Positions 40,120 through 49,050 of a DNA stretch of 64,000 bases are shown one piece after another. A program made the translations under genes and the position numbers. Each line of letters begins with the position of its first letter. Position 1 is the stretch's first letter. Below the pieces are notes generated by a model, which was not told the origin of the DNA, did no database searches, and was given only the letters and a program-made list of their open reading frames with translations. The stretch is from Candidatus Falkowbacteria bacterium (GTDB taxonomy: Bacteria; Patescibacteriota; Patescibacteriia; Patescibacteriales; GWE2-39-37), in the NCBI GenBank assembly GCA_013336275.1, contig JAAXUA010000001.1, forward strand, positions 270,167 to 334,166. The letters run 5' to 3'.

Positions 40120-41328
40120 TCAAATTAATGATTCGTATATTTGACTGATTTTCTGATAAAACTGTCCACTATCAAACCTCTTTCCTTGCTCTTTGGAGGC
40201 CTCTGACATAGCTTGGAAATCAGCCTTTTCGAGCTTCAGGATGGCCCGCCTAAGGTCTTCGGGGTCGCCAGGGGCGAAAGTAAAGCCATTCTCGCCCGGA
40301 TTGACCAGCTCGGTCAGTCCGCCGATGCGGGAAACCAGCAGCGGCCGGCCAGCGGCTAAGGCCTCGATCAAGCTGTAGGGCATATTCTCCGGCCAACGCG
40401 CCGGCAATACTACCGCTCGGGCCTGCTTGATCAACCTGATCAGCTCGCTGCCCTCCTGGTAGCCCAGAAACTCCGTCTGGCGGCCGAGACCCAGTGCTTT
40501 GGAGCGAGCCTGCAAGCTTTCATGTTCCGGACCGGCGCCGACGACCTTGAGCTTGGCCGAAGTGCCGGAAATGGCCTCAAGCAGATCGTTAATCCCCTTC
40601 TCTTCGGACAACCGCCCGAAATAAAGAAGATAGTCGCCAAGGGGGTAATCCGCATCAGCTTCCAGTTCGATGCGCTGCCCTTCTCCCAAAAAATTGTATA
40701 CGACCGATATCTTCTCTTGCGGCAAGCCGAAGGCGGCAGATACTTCGGCCATGAAACGGCTTGGGGCGATGAAATGGTCAACCAAGTCGTAATTCTTGAA
40801 GATGCGCCGATGCAGATAAAGCTCGAGCATGCTCATCAGGCTCTTGGGCCGCGAATTTTTGACGCAGCGATTCAGGGCGCATTGGTAATATTTGCCGCCT
40901 TTGCAGCGTTCGCAATATTTACCTTTGACATACAGCTGATAGCTCGGGCAGATCGGCTGATAATCATGCAGCGTCATCACTACGGGAATGCCATACTGCT
41001 TCAGGACGCGGATAATGGACGGTGTCAGCTGATGGGCGACATTATGGAGATGGGCCAAATCAGGCTTTTCATCGCGCAGTAAGCGCTTGAGCTGCCTGAC
41101 CGCCTCCCAGTTATGAAAGAATTTGAAAAACCCTGATAGGCTGAAATGATCGAAACCGACCGGCTTGGCAAAATATTCCGCATAAGGTGCCGGCAAATTC
41201 TGCGGGTCCTGCATCGAGAACGGGATGACCGTGTGGCCGTTTGACTCCAGCAATTTCGACAGCTCGAACAGGTGACGCTCGGCGCCGCCCTTGAGGTAGT
41301 AGAATTTGTTGATCTGCAGGATTTTCAT
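40120..41328 (-). CDS. Glycosyltransferase family 4
   Basis: MKILQINKFYYLKGGAE, TLHDY..CP, YFGRLSEEKG, ENMPYSLIEA. Confidence 0.92.
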   Translation of the reverse strand: MKILQINKFYYLKGGAERHLFELSKLLESNGHTVIPFSMQDPQNLPAPYAEYFAKPVGFDHFSLSGFFKFFHNWEAVRQLKRLLRDEKPDLAHLHNVAHQLTPSIIRVLKQYGIPVVMTLHDYQPICPSYQLYVKGKYCERCKGGKYYQCALNRCVKNSRPKSLMSMLELYLHRRIFKNYDLVDHFIAPSRFMAEVSAAFGLPQEKISVVYNFLGEGQRIELEADADYPLGDYLLYFGRLSEEKGINDLLEAISGTSAKLKVVGAGPEHESLQARSKALGLGRQTEFLGYQEGSELIRLIKQARAVVLPARWPENMPYSLIEALAAGRPLLVSRIGGLTELVNPGENGFTFAPGDPEDLRRAILKLEKADFQAMSEASKEQGKRFDSGQFYQKISQIYESLI

Positions 41329-41353
41329 GATTATGATTATTATCTTTATTGTC

Positions 41354-41506
41354 GCCTGCCTCTGTATGTCATTTTCTCAGTCAGCATAGAAAAGACGAAG
41401 TCTTTTGCATGGTCGGGAATTCATGTTTCTTGATCAAAATTCTGGAGCTTTTTTTATAAAAGCTTACGAATTTTTATTCCTTCGAAAATGACATACAGAG
41501 GCAGGC
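41354..41506. mobile_element. MITE-like element with 23-bp perfect terminal inverted repeats
   Basis: GCCTGCCTCTGTATGTCATTTTC (41354-41376) and its exact reverse complement (41484-41506); no ORF inside. Confidence 0.65.
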
Positions 41507-41517
41507 AACTTCTTCGG

Positions 41518-42507
41518 TTACAAGCTTGCTCTGAAAAATTTATGCTTGATGATCCACCAGCCGACGCTCGGCAGATGCCGGCGCATCTCGCCTCGGATCG
41601 TGCAGATGATCCATGACTCGCTGGTATTCTTGACCTCCATCTCCTGGCGCGCCTGGTCAGCGGCGGCGGAAAACCAAGTCGTCGCTAACTTCCCCTCTCC
41701 CAGATTGCCCAACTTCTGGCTGATCAGATTGCTTGGATAGATCGTGCCGTTCGGTTCGATAAATAGCGAATCCTTCCCGGCACCGGTCGGCAGCAGACGT
41801 TGCTGCTTGCGGGCGTAAAGCAATAAGCCGTAATCATAGAAGGCGCGGAGCCAGCGCTTGATTCGCCAGCTCTTAAGCTCCTTCCTGATGAGATAGGTCA
41901 GGTCGCGTTCAACCGCTTCCAGCGCGGTCACTCGATTCGAATCCTTTTGGAAATAGATATCGGAGTTCTGCACCAGGGCCAAGGCCATCTCAATGCCGAG
42001 TTCGCACGACAGGTCGTAAACTTTCGGCAGCTCGCCAGCGTTGTCGTCCATGATCGTGAAGCTCAAGCCGAGGTTCGAAACTCCGGATTCCTTAAGCATC
42101 TTGATGGTGGAGATGGCGTGGTCGAAGATGCCTGGGATGCCGCGGATGCGGTCATGGACCGGGGCGAGGCCGTCAATGGAGATGCGGACACCGACTTGCG
42201 GATCGACCGCCAAGATCTTATTGATCTGTTCGCGGATCAGCTCGGTCGCCAAGCCGTTCGAGGAGATGATGATCTGGGCCTTCGGCGAAACCTCCTTGAT
42301 GATCGCGACGATTTCAGGCAGGTCGGGGCGCAGGAACGGCTCTCCGCCGGTAAGATTGATATGCTTCAAGGTCGGCGCCAGATTGCGGAAATACCCGAGC
42401 GGCAATTCGGCCGGATTCTGGTCCTGCCAGATATTGCACATCTGGCAGCGCGAGTTGCAACGATAGGTTATGGCGATAGTGGCGTCGATCGGCTGGTAGG
42501 TTTTCAT
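41518..42507 (-). CDS. Radical SAM protein with degenerate SPASM/twitch region
   Basis: CNSRCQMC, TGGEPFLR, ISIDG..HDRIRG. Confidence 0.9.
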   Translation of the reverse strand: MKTYQPIDATIAITYRCNSRCQMCNIWQDQNPAELPLGYFRNLAPTLKHINLTGGEPFLRPDLPEIVAIIKEVSPKAQIIISSNGLATELIREQINKILAVDPQVGVRISIDGLAPVHDRIRGIPGIFDHAISTIKMLKESGVSNLGLSFTIMDDNAGELPKVYDLSCELGIEMALALVQNSDIYFQKDSNRVTALEAVERDLTYLIRKELKSWRIKRWLRAFYDYGLLLYARKQQRLLPTGAGKDSLFIEPNGTIYPSNLISQKLGNLGEGKLATTWFSAAADQARQEMEVKNTSESWIICTIRGEMRRHLPSVGWWIIKHKFFRASL

Positions 42508-42511
42508 ATGG

Positions 42512-43357
42512 TTAATGGATGAATAATCTTAATATGGAAATCTTCAAAGTGTGCATCAGCTTGACCAGCTTCCGCTCGACGAGGCGGTCGGGCCAATGTT
42601 TGCCCATGAAATACTCGAGATTGTCGCGCTCCCAGCGCATACGCTCGAGCGTGCGGCGTCCGCCGGCGGAAAAACCGTGGTAGTGGAGAACCTTGGCTTT
42701 GGGCAGATAAACCACCTGCCAACCGGACTCGGTCGCCCGCGAGCAGTAATCGATGTCTTCGACTCCGAAAAAGAATTTCTCGTCCAGCTCGCCCAACTGT
42801 TCCAAGACAGCTCGTCTGAGCATCAAGCAGCCGCCGGAAACCCAGCCGACTTGGCCGCCATGCTCGAAAAGCGAGCGGTTGAAACGGTTAGGATATAGCA
42901 GGCTGCCGCCCGGCAGATATTTGTAAAGCGTGGATAAGCGGATGAATTCCGACATGAAACTGAACGAACGGCCGCAACTGACTTGGAACTCCCCGTCAGG
43001 ATAAGCCATCCGTGGCCCGACGATGCCGGCCTGGGCGTTCTGTTCAAGATAGGCTGCCAACTTGTCCACTGCCCCGGCTTCGACGATTACGTCAGAATTG
43101 AGCAAAAGGATAAATTCCCCCTCAGCCAAGCGCATGCCCTGGTTGGCGGCCCCAGCAAAGCCGAGGTTGGTTTCATTGGCGAAGTAGCGTATGCGCTCGT
43201 CGGCAAGGTTCTCGATATACATCCTCTCGGTCGAGCCGTTATCGATCAAGATGACTTCCTTGACCGATTCGTCGGCACGCTCAAGCAAACGCACGATCGC
43301 GCGCTCAGTCAGTTCCGGCGTGTTGTAATTAATTATTACTGCTGATACTTTTTTCAT
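42512..43357 (-). CDS. Glycosyltransferase family 2 (WbbL-like)
   Basis: IINYNT, IDNGS, NLGFA, LLNSD, SGGCLM, EDIDYC. Confidence 0.92.
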   Translation of the reverse strand: MKKVSAVIINYNTPELTERAIVRLLERADESVKEVILIDNGSTERMYIENLADERIRYFANETNLGFAGAANQGMRLAEGEFILLLNSDVIVEAGAVDKLAAYLEQNAQAGIVGPRMAYPDGEFQVSCGRSFSFMSEFIRLSTLYKYLPGGSLLYPNRFNRSLFEHGGQVGWVSGGCLMLRRAVLEQLGELDEKFFFGVEDIDYCSRATESGWQVVYLPKAKVLHYHGFSAGGRRTLERMRWERDNLEYFMGKHWPDRLVERKLVKLMHTLKISILRLFIH

Positions 43358-44711
43358 AAGCGCTTATATTTATCAAAGCTCCGAGTGAGAGCCAGAAGAC
43401 CAAGGCATAAGGCAAGGCCAGGAACGTCACCTCTACCAGCCCATTGACGAAAGCAGCCATAACCATGGCGATGACGCCGTAACCGAGCCAGCGTTCTCCT
43501 GGCGACCGACGGCGAGTGTAGACCGCTTGGCCCAGCACGCTTGCCATCAATAATGTCACCATGGCGACTCCCAGTACGCCCAGGTCGACTGCCGCTTGGA
43601 GGATGAAATTATTCAATAAATCGCTCTGGTCATAGCCGAGCATCTTCTTGAAATGCTCCATCTGCTGGCCGGCGCCGACGCCGAATTGCCAGTGCTGCTG
43701 CAGTATCTTCCAGGAAGTCTTATATTCTAAAACCCGATATTGGGTGTTGGCGTCGTTGAAAGTATTGGCAACCCGCTCCCACAGGACGACTGCTACCGGA
43801 GAAAACATCAGAGCGACCGTAACGGCTGCAGCCAACCCGGCTAGCATCAGGGCGGTGCGGCGTTCCCGGATCTTGAAAAAAAGGAAAACCATGCCGATGC
43901 CGAGACTGATGAGAGCAGCTTTGCCTAAGGACAGGAAAATGGCGGCTAAGGCGATGATTATGACCCCGAGCCAAAGAAAACTCTTTCTGGTAAGCTGGTG
44001 GCGCCAAAGGTAATAACTGGTCAAAAGCAGGGTCAGCGAGACCATGATGGCGGCCGTCGTGGCAATCGGGGCTACGGGCAGGACGACGCTCTTCCGGTCA
44101 GTGAAGAATTTCTGGGTGATGCCGAGTTGGAAGAATTTGTAAGCGATCTCACCGGCGATGATCAGGATAGTAGCGGCGATCGACCAATAGAAGGCCGAGA
44201 CGCGTTTGGCGGAATTGATCAGGTTTCGCGACAAGAAATAGGCAAGGCAGCTGAAACTCAGGATCTTGATGACATAGATATACGAGGTTGCGGACATCCC
44301 GACCTGATAAGAGCTAGCCGCTAAGATGAGCGTACCGAACAGCGCTAGAGTAATCCAGTCGACAATAACCTCTTTCCAGGTGTTGCTGACCGTGCGATCG
44401 ATCAGGAATACCACTAAGGCAAACAGGAGCACGGCTTCGGTCAAAGTCATCTCGTATGATAGCCCGGGTTTGATTTCAAGGAAGATGACCTTGCCCAAGG
44501 TTATGAGCGGCAAGGCCAAAAGCACCAGGCGCCAAAGCTCATCGCGCCAGATGAAAAAGAAAAATACGGCCAGAACGAAGCTGAGTGCAAGGGCGATGCT
44601 GCCTAGCTTGCTTAGCAGCAAAAAACTAGCCAAACAGCCCAAGAAGAGACCGAATTTGGATAAGAATAGCTTACTTTGGCTTAAATTTTGCGTTATTGCT
44701 AATGTCGCCAT
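43329..44711 (-). CDS. O-antigen ligase/polymerase (Wzy_C) family membrane protein
   Basis: About 12 TM helices; R..YK....QHWQFGVGAG, NNFILQAAVDLGVLG. Start at ATG 44711; the TTG at 44759 is part of a TTGACA. Confidence 0.8.
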   Translation of the reverse strand: MATLAITQNLSQSKLFLSKFGLFLGCLASFLLLSKLGSIALALSFVLAVFFFFIWRDELWRLVLLALPLITLGKVIFLEIKPGLSYEMTLTEAVLLFALVVFLIDRTVSNTWKEVIVDWITLALFGTLILAASSYQVGMSATSYIYVIKILSFSCLAYFLSRNLINSAKRVSAFYWSIAATILIIAGEIAYKFFQLGITQKFFTDRKSVVLPVAPIATTAAIMVSLTLLLTSYYLWRHQLTRKSFLWLGVIIIALAAIFLSLGKAALISLGIGMVFLFFKIRERRTALMLAGLAAAVTVALMFSPVAVVLWERVANTFNDANTQYRVLEYKTSWKILQQHWQFGVGAGQQMEHFKKMLGYDQSDLLNNFILQAAVDLGVLGVAMVTLLMASVLGQAVYTRRRSPGERWLGYGVIAMVMAAFVNGLVEVTFLALPYALVFWLSLGALINISAYEKSISSNN

Positions 44712-44825
44712 AGGTTTGCTTGGATTAATATATATATCATATTTTGGCGTTTTTGTCAACTATATTCCCCATTTTGGGTAAAAACCTAGACTATTTACAT
44801 AGTCGGAAATTAAATTTCTTGACCA

Positions 44826-44858
44826 TAAAAAAACGGGCGCTACTTGGGGTAGCGCCCG
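44826..44858 (-). terminator. Intrinsic terminator
   Basis: Minus strand CGGGCGCTAC-ccaa-type loop-GTAGCGCCCG-TTTTTTT. Confidence 0.8.
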
Positions 44859-44880
44859 GTGATACGAATGAACGTGCAGC

Positions 44881-45270
44881 TTATTTGCAGGCTGCGTCTG
44901 CCTTGAGGTTGCTGCCGCCTTCCGAGCGGTCGACTGTCAGGCCCTTGACTGCATGGGTCTTGGACCAGAGGACTTTACCGCTGGTGACGTTGACGGGGTG
45001 GAAGCGACCGTCGGCGATTTTTGATTTGGCGATGACGTAGTCACCGGCCGAATCCTTGACCAGCTCATAACCGGTCATGTCGCCTGCGCCCCACTGGTTT
45101 TCATCGCAGGCCGCGTAGATGGTGGCGGACATGTTGAGTCCGACCATTGCACGTGCGGGCACGCGGATCGAGTCGCCATCGACACAAGTCTGGGTTACGC
45201 CAGCGAACGCCAGCGTGCTGCTGAGGGTGATGGCGAGGGCCACCAGGGTTGAACTGATAAGACGTTTCAT
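44881..45270 (-). CDS. Small secreted hypothetical protein (SD-led)
   Basis: MKRLISS...LAFA signal peptide; SD GAAGGAGG. Confidence 0.75.
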   Translation of the reverse strand: MKRLISSTLVALAITLSSTLAFAGVTQTCVDGDSIRVPARAMVGLNMSATIYAACDENQWGAGDMTGYELVKDSAGDYVIAKSKIADGRFHPVNVTSGKVLWSKTHAVKGLTVDRSEGGSNLKADAACK

Positions 45271-45451
45271 AACTATTCCTCCTTCTGTAGTGTGGGAGAA
45301 CACTGTCTCCGGTTTGTTCGGAGCATCGCTCCGATTTCCCGGAGCTTAGGTTCCGAATGGTTGATAGTTACCTGCTGCCTAGGTGGACTCTGTTTTTTAC
45401 CTCCCCAAGATGGAATGAGCTCATTATTCACAATATTACAGTGAACTTCAG

Positions 45452-45480
45452 AGTATAGTCCATCAGTGAGGATTTGTCAA
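45452..45480 (-). promoter_or_regulatory. Sigma70 promoter
   Basis: TTGACA-17 nt-TATACT on the minus strand. Confidence 0.75.
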
Positions 45481-45483
45481 GAC

Positions 45484-47394
45484 CTACGGCCGTTCGCGTA
45501 CTGCCGGTACGGGTACGGAGGTTTTGAGCGGGAGTGGCAATGCGGCTGGTTCGGCGGCTTGGGCTTCAGTTACGCCACGGTTGGCCCATGAATTGACGAC
45601 ATGATGATAAGCCTTCTTGAATGTCCGATCGAAGTTCCAGACTACATTGGCACCGAAGGTGTCACTGGGATCATCTTTGCCGATATTGAAGCGGTAGCGG
45701 GCCGAAGGTTCGAGCTGTTCTTCGAGAACTTTGGCTCCGACATAAGGCTCGACGCCGGTCATCTTGGCGCCTGGAGTGTGGTCTACTACCAGACCAACGA
45801 GCGGTTCGACCTTGTCGCTGGCGTAAAGGGACGCTTGTCCCATAAGCGCGAACTGTGATTGGTCGCGTCTCGGGTCCTGGGCGGCGGTCATTGCTTTGCC
45901 GTTCACCCATGACTGCTTCTTGCCGCCGATGTCGATGTTGGCGCTGCCGGCAACCTGGACTTCGCTCGGCCAGTCGTGGCCGGTCTTGTGCAGATGCCGC
46001 GCTTCGACATTGATTAGTTCGTTCTCTTCCCTGCCTTCGTAGCCGGTGTTGTTCTTGGCCCAGCCCTCCTGTTCGCCGTAGCGGAGATGCAGGATTGAGA
46101 GGTCGTTTGGCTGACGTACTTCGAGTACGCCGCCATAGACTATCTGGTTGCCTTTGAACTTCAACAGGCCGCCATTCTTTTCTCCGAACTGTCCGTCCCA
46201 ACCGACGCCTTTGATTGAAGCGCCGGGATAGAAGGTGCGGTTCTTATCGCCGCAGTACCCGGGGAAAATATCCATCTCCCCGCCATAGATCATCTCTTTG
46301 TCCTTGTTAGGGTAGTTGACGCCCCAACGCGGTGCGATGAACAGGGCACCTTTGTAATCAGGCGTCCATTTGCAGCAGGGTTTTTCAGCCGGCGGCGGTG
46401 GTGGGGGTGTTTCTTTCTGCGGTGGCAGTGGTGGCTGAGGCGGTGTTTCTTTCTGCGGCGGTGGCGGTGGCGGTGGCGGTTCGCCCTCCTTCGGCGGTTG
46501 CGGCGGTTGCGATTTGGGCGGTTCCTGCGGAATTACCGGTACGGCTGGCGGCAGCGGGCGAGAGCTGATCTCGAGGTTGTTGCACTTCGATGTCAGCGTG
46601 ATCGTCCACAATCTGCCTTTATGTTCGAACTCGGGCCAGACTTGCGCCTGGAGCTCTTCTTGACCTGACCAGCGGGCCGTATGGACCCAGTGGTAGTTTC
46701 CGAAAAGTATCCAGTCGAAATCGGTGCCGGGTTTGACAGTGGTTGCCTGCGGAGTGGTTGAGGTGAAGGTTTTGACCAGGAGATTCTTCAGTTCCTGGTC
46801 GTCGGTCGGCAGCAGATTCAGGGCTTTGCGATGGTCGCGCTTCCCGAAAGGATTGCCGCCGGCTATCGTCCAGAGGAATACTCCGGCCGAAGCTTTAGCT
46901 GCAGTTTTGCCCGTGTGCGTTTTTCCCGCCTGCTTGGCTTTGCGTTCAGCTGGCACCGAAGTGTCTGGCTGGACGATCCCATTGACGATCGGGATTACCA
47001 AAGCTTGGTCGGGGTGGATCAGATGTGGATTCTTGATGCCAGGGTTGGCTTCATGGATCCTAGTCCACTGGCTGCCGTCGCGGTAGTAACGCTCAGCGAT
47101 CGTCCAAAGGCATTGGCCCTTGATGACTACATGCTTGAGCGAAGTTGCGACTGCGGCCTTCTCGCGCGGTTGCGGCGGTGCGGGCACGGATGCTGGCACC
47201 GCGGCTGGCTGGGCTTGGCTGGCTCTAGAAACGTGGCAAGCGATACAAGCTTGCTGTTTCTTGGCAACCGGCTGCTGCACGGCTGGCTTCGCGATAGCGA
47301 CTGTCTTGACCGGCTGCTCTTTATGCTTGGAACCCATGAACAGGGCTATCAGCACGAAAAGCGCGATCAGTGTCGGCATGATCAACTTTTTCAT
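45484..47394 (-). CDS. LysM-domain protein with CxxCH motif, poly-Pro linker and predicted beta-barrel C-domain (SD-led)
   Basis: HVVIKGQCLWTIAERYY...IHEANPGIKNPHLIHPDQALVIP (LysM); CIACH; QKETPP repeats; amphipathic strands ending TFGANVVWNF. Confidence 0.75.
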   Translation of the reverse strand: MKKLIMPTLIALFVLIALFMGSKHKEQPVKTVAIAKPAVQQPVAKKQQACIACHVSRASQAQPAAVPASVPAPPQPREKAAVATSLKHVVIKGQCLWTIAERYYRDGSQWTRIHEANPGIKNPHLIHPDQALVIPIVNGIVQPDTSVPAERKAKQAGKTHTGKTAAKASAGVFLWTIAGGNPFGKRDHRKALNLLPTDDQELKNLLVKTFTSTTPQATTVKPGTDFDWILFGNYHWVHTARWSGQEELQAQVWPEFEHKGRLWTITLTSKCNNLEISSRPLPPAVPVIPQEPPKSQPPQPPKEGEPPPPPPPPQKETPPQPPLPPQKETPPPPPPAEKPCCKWTPDYKGALFIAPRWGVNYPNKDKEMIYGGEMDIFPGYCGDKNRTFYPGASIKGVGWDGQFGEKNGGLLKFKGNQIVYGGVLEVRQPNDLSILHLRYGEQEGWAKNNTGYEGREENELINVEARHLHKTGHDWPSEVQVAGSANIDIGGKKQSWVNGKAMTAAQDPRRDQSQFALMGQASLYASDKVEPLVGLVVDHTPGAKMTGVEPYVGAKVLEEQLEPSARYRFNIGKDDPSDTFGANVVWNFDRTFKKAYHHVVNSWANRGVTEAQAAEPAALPLPLKTSVPVPAVRERP

Positions 47395-47656
47395 GACTTG
47401 CTCCTTTCCTCCAGCAGTTGGATACTGGAAAAATTGAAATCCTTTTGCGCACCATCACCTGATTCCTGTTTCTTCCGAGCTAACGGAAGCGACATGCTGC
47501 GCTTTGAGAGCGCAACTGCGACGGACCCGACGGGTCAACGCCTAGCCTGCTGGGAGCCTGCGGCTTCCTACCAGCTTACTTGGGAACTAGCTGAGTGTGG
47601 CAATGCAACGTATAAGCGGACTGCGTATTTGGATGCGACCGAAGCCGCAAGTGAAG

Positions 47657-48589
47657 TTACTCAGCCAGGAAGAATTTCGGTATGTACCCCAGTTTGCTGA
47701 GGCAAGCGTCATAGCGACGGTTATACCGGAACATCCTGGACACGTCGCCGGATGATGGCTGGTACTGATCATAGCCTACGGAGTTCATCTTGTCCGCGAT
47801 GAAAATCTCGGGGACGGTGATGAACTTCATGGCGGCGATGATTATCGCTGATTCCCTGAAGCCGACGAACGGCAAGGTCACCAGGATCTTCCAGTCGCTG
47901 CCAAGCCACTGGGCAAAGTTGTAAACCTTCGAATCCTTCCACATGATCTCCTCAAGCTGTTTTTCTGTAAGCTTGCTCGAGGGGTTGAGGGTCAGGCGGT
48001 GTTCCTCCGCCAAGTACTGGCGCATCCACTTCACTTCCTTGACCAGGGCCCCCGCATAGATATCGAGGAGCTGCCGGTACTCGGGTGAGTCGGTGCTCAT
48101 TGCCTTGGCGAATTCCTGCCCAGTACCGAACTTCGGCATGTGGGCTTCAAGCTCTTTGTAGTCGATCTTGCCCGCCTCTTTCAGTTTGACTTCGGTGCCC
48201 TGTCCGTAGGCGGCAGTCATGGTGCGGTTAAGCACGGCGACCAGCGCGCCATCGAAATCTTCGGGCTTAGCCATGGGTACGGTTATGAACAGGGGTTTGG
48301 TGCAGGCCATGTCGACGAGCGGATTGTCGAACAGGCTGACGGCATGGAGTTTCAGCGGTTCCCGTCCGTCCTTGTAAACTACGCGGACGGGCCAGGTCGT
48401 TCTCTGTTCCCCGCCTTCTGCCAGGTCAAGCTGCGGATGAAGCGGCAAGGTCATAACCATGACCTGCTTCACCTGCTTGGCAGGCAGAGGCACGAGGTGC
48501 ATCTCTTCCTTGCGCATGAAGTCGTGTGAGCAGCCGGAAACGAGGCTGCCGAACATCAGTGCTGCGATAAGCTGTCTTGCTGTTCTCAT
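47657..48589 (-). CDS. Hypothetical lipoprotein (SD-led)
   Basis: Lipobox LVSGC; AGGAGG upstream; ATGA overlap with the upstream gene. Confidence 0.7.
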   Translation of the reverse strand: MRTARQLIAALMFGSLVSGCSHDFMRKEEMHLVPLPAKQVKQVMVMTLPLHPQLDLAEGGEQRTTWPVRVVYKDGREPLKLHAVSLFDNPLVDMACTKPLFITVPMAKPEDFDGALVAVLNRTMTAAYGQGTEVKLKEAGKIDYKELEAHMPKFGTGQEFAKAMSTDSPEYRQLLDIYAGALVKEVKWMRQYLAEEHRLTLNPSSKLTEKQLEEIMWKDSKVYNFAQWLGSDWKILVTLPFVGFRESAIIIAAMKFITVPEIFIADKMNSVGYDQYQPSSGDVSRMFRYNRRYDACLSKLGYIPKFFLAE

Positions 48590-49050
48590 GACGCCCTCCT
48601 TTCGGCTTGCTCGTTGTAGCTGGCGCCGGTGATGTCGATCACCTTCCTGTCGCTCAGCTTGGTAATGATTTTCGCGTCTTCCAATCGGTTGAACTGCTCC
48701 TGGAAACGATCCGGTTTCTTAAGGCAAGTCCTAATCGAGTGGCGCAAGCTTTCGATGTTTGAACTGTTGAAATTCTGGCCTGAGGCGTTGACGAAGGGCG
48801 AGTACCAGATGCCGTCGTGGTATTTGACCTTTATGGCATAACCGCTGACGTACACCTCTCGCGTTTCTCCGTCGTGCTCCTCGAGTTGCCGCAAGGCATT
48901 CCCTTTGATCGCCTCGCGCAAGGTGCGCCTATCCTGGTATCGGAACCAGAACAAGAGGCAAAAAAGGAAAATTATCCCTGCCACACCCATGGCGCACATC
49001 AGGTTCCAGAATTCATCGGTTCCGAACTCCATACTGAACATGCTGAACAT
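48586..49050 (-). CDS. Hypothetical single-TM protein (SD-led)
   Basis: N-terminal TM; AGGAAGGAG upstream. Confidence 0.65.
   Translation of the reverse strand: MFSMFSMEFGTDEFWNLMCAMGVAGIIFLFCLLFWFRYQDRRTLREAIKGNALRQLEEHDGETREVYVSGYAIKVKYHDGIWYSPFVNASGQNFNSSNIESLRHSIRTCLKKPDRFQEQFNRLEDAKIITKLSDRKVIDITGASYNEQAERRAS

Noticed and set aside
46385..46560. GGCGGT-type tandem repeats as a possible array
   Set aside because: They encode the poly-Pro/QKETPP linker; there is no repeat-spacer structure.
46831..47700. 289-aa plus-strand ORF
   Set aside because: Antisense to the LysM gene and the structured spacer; no recognisable features or RBS.
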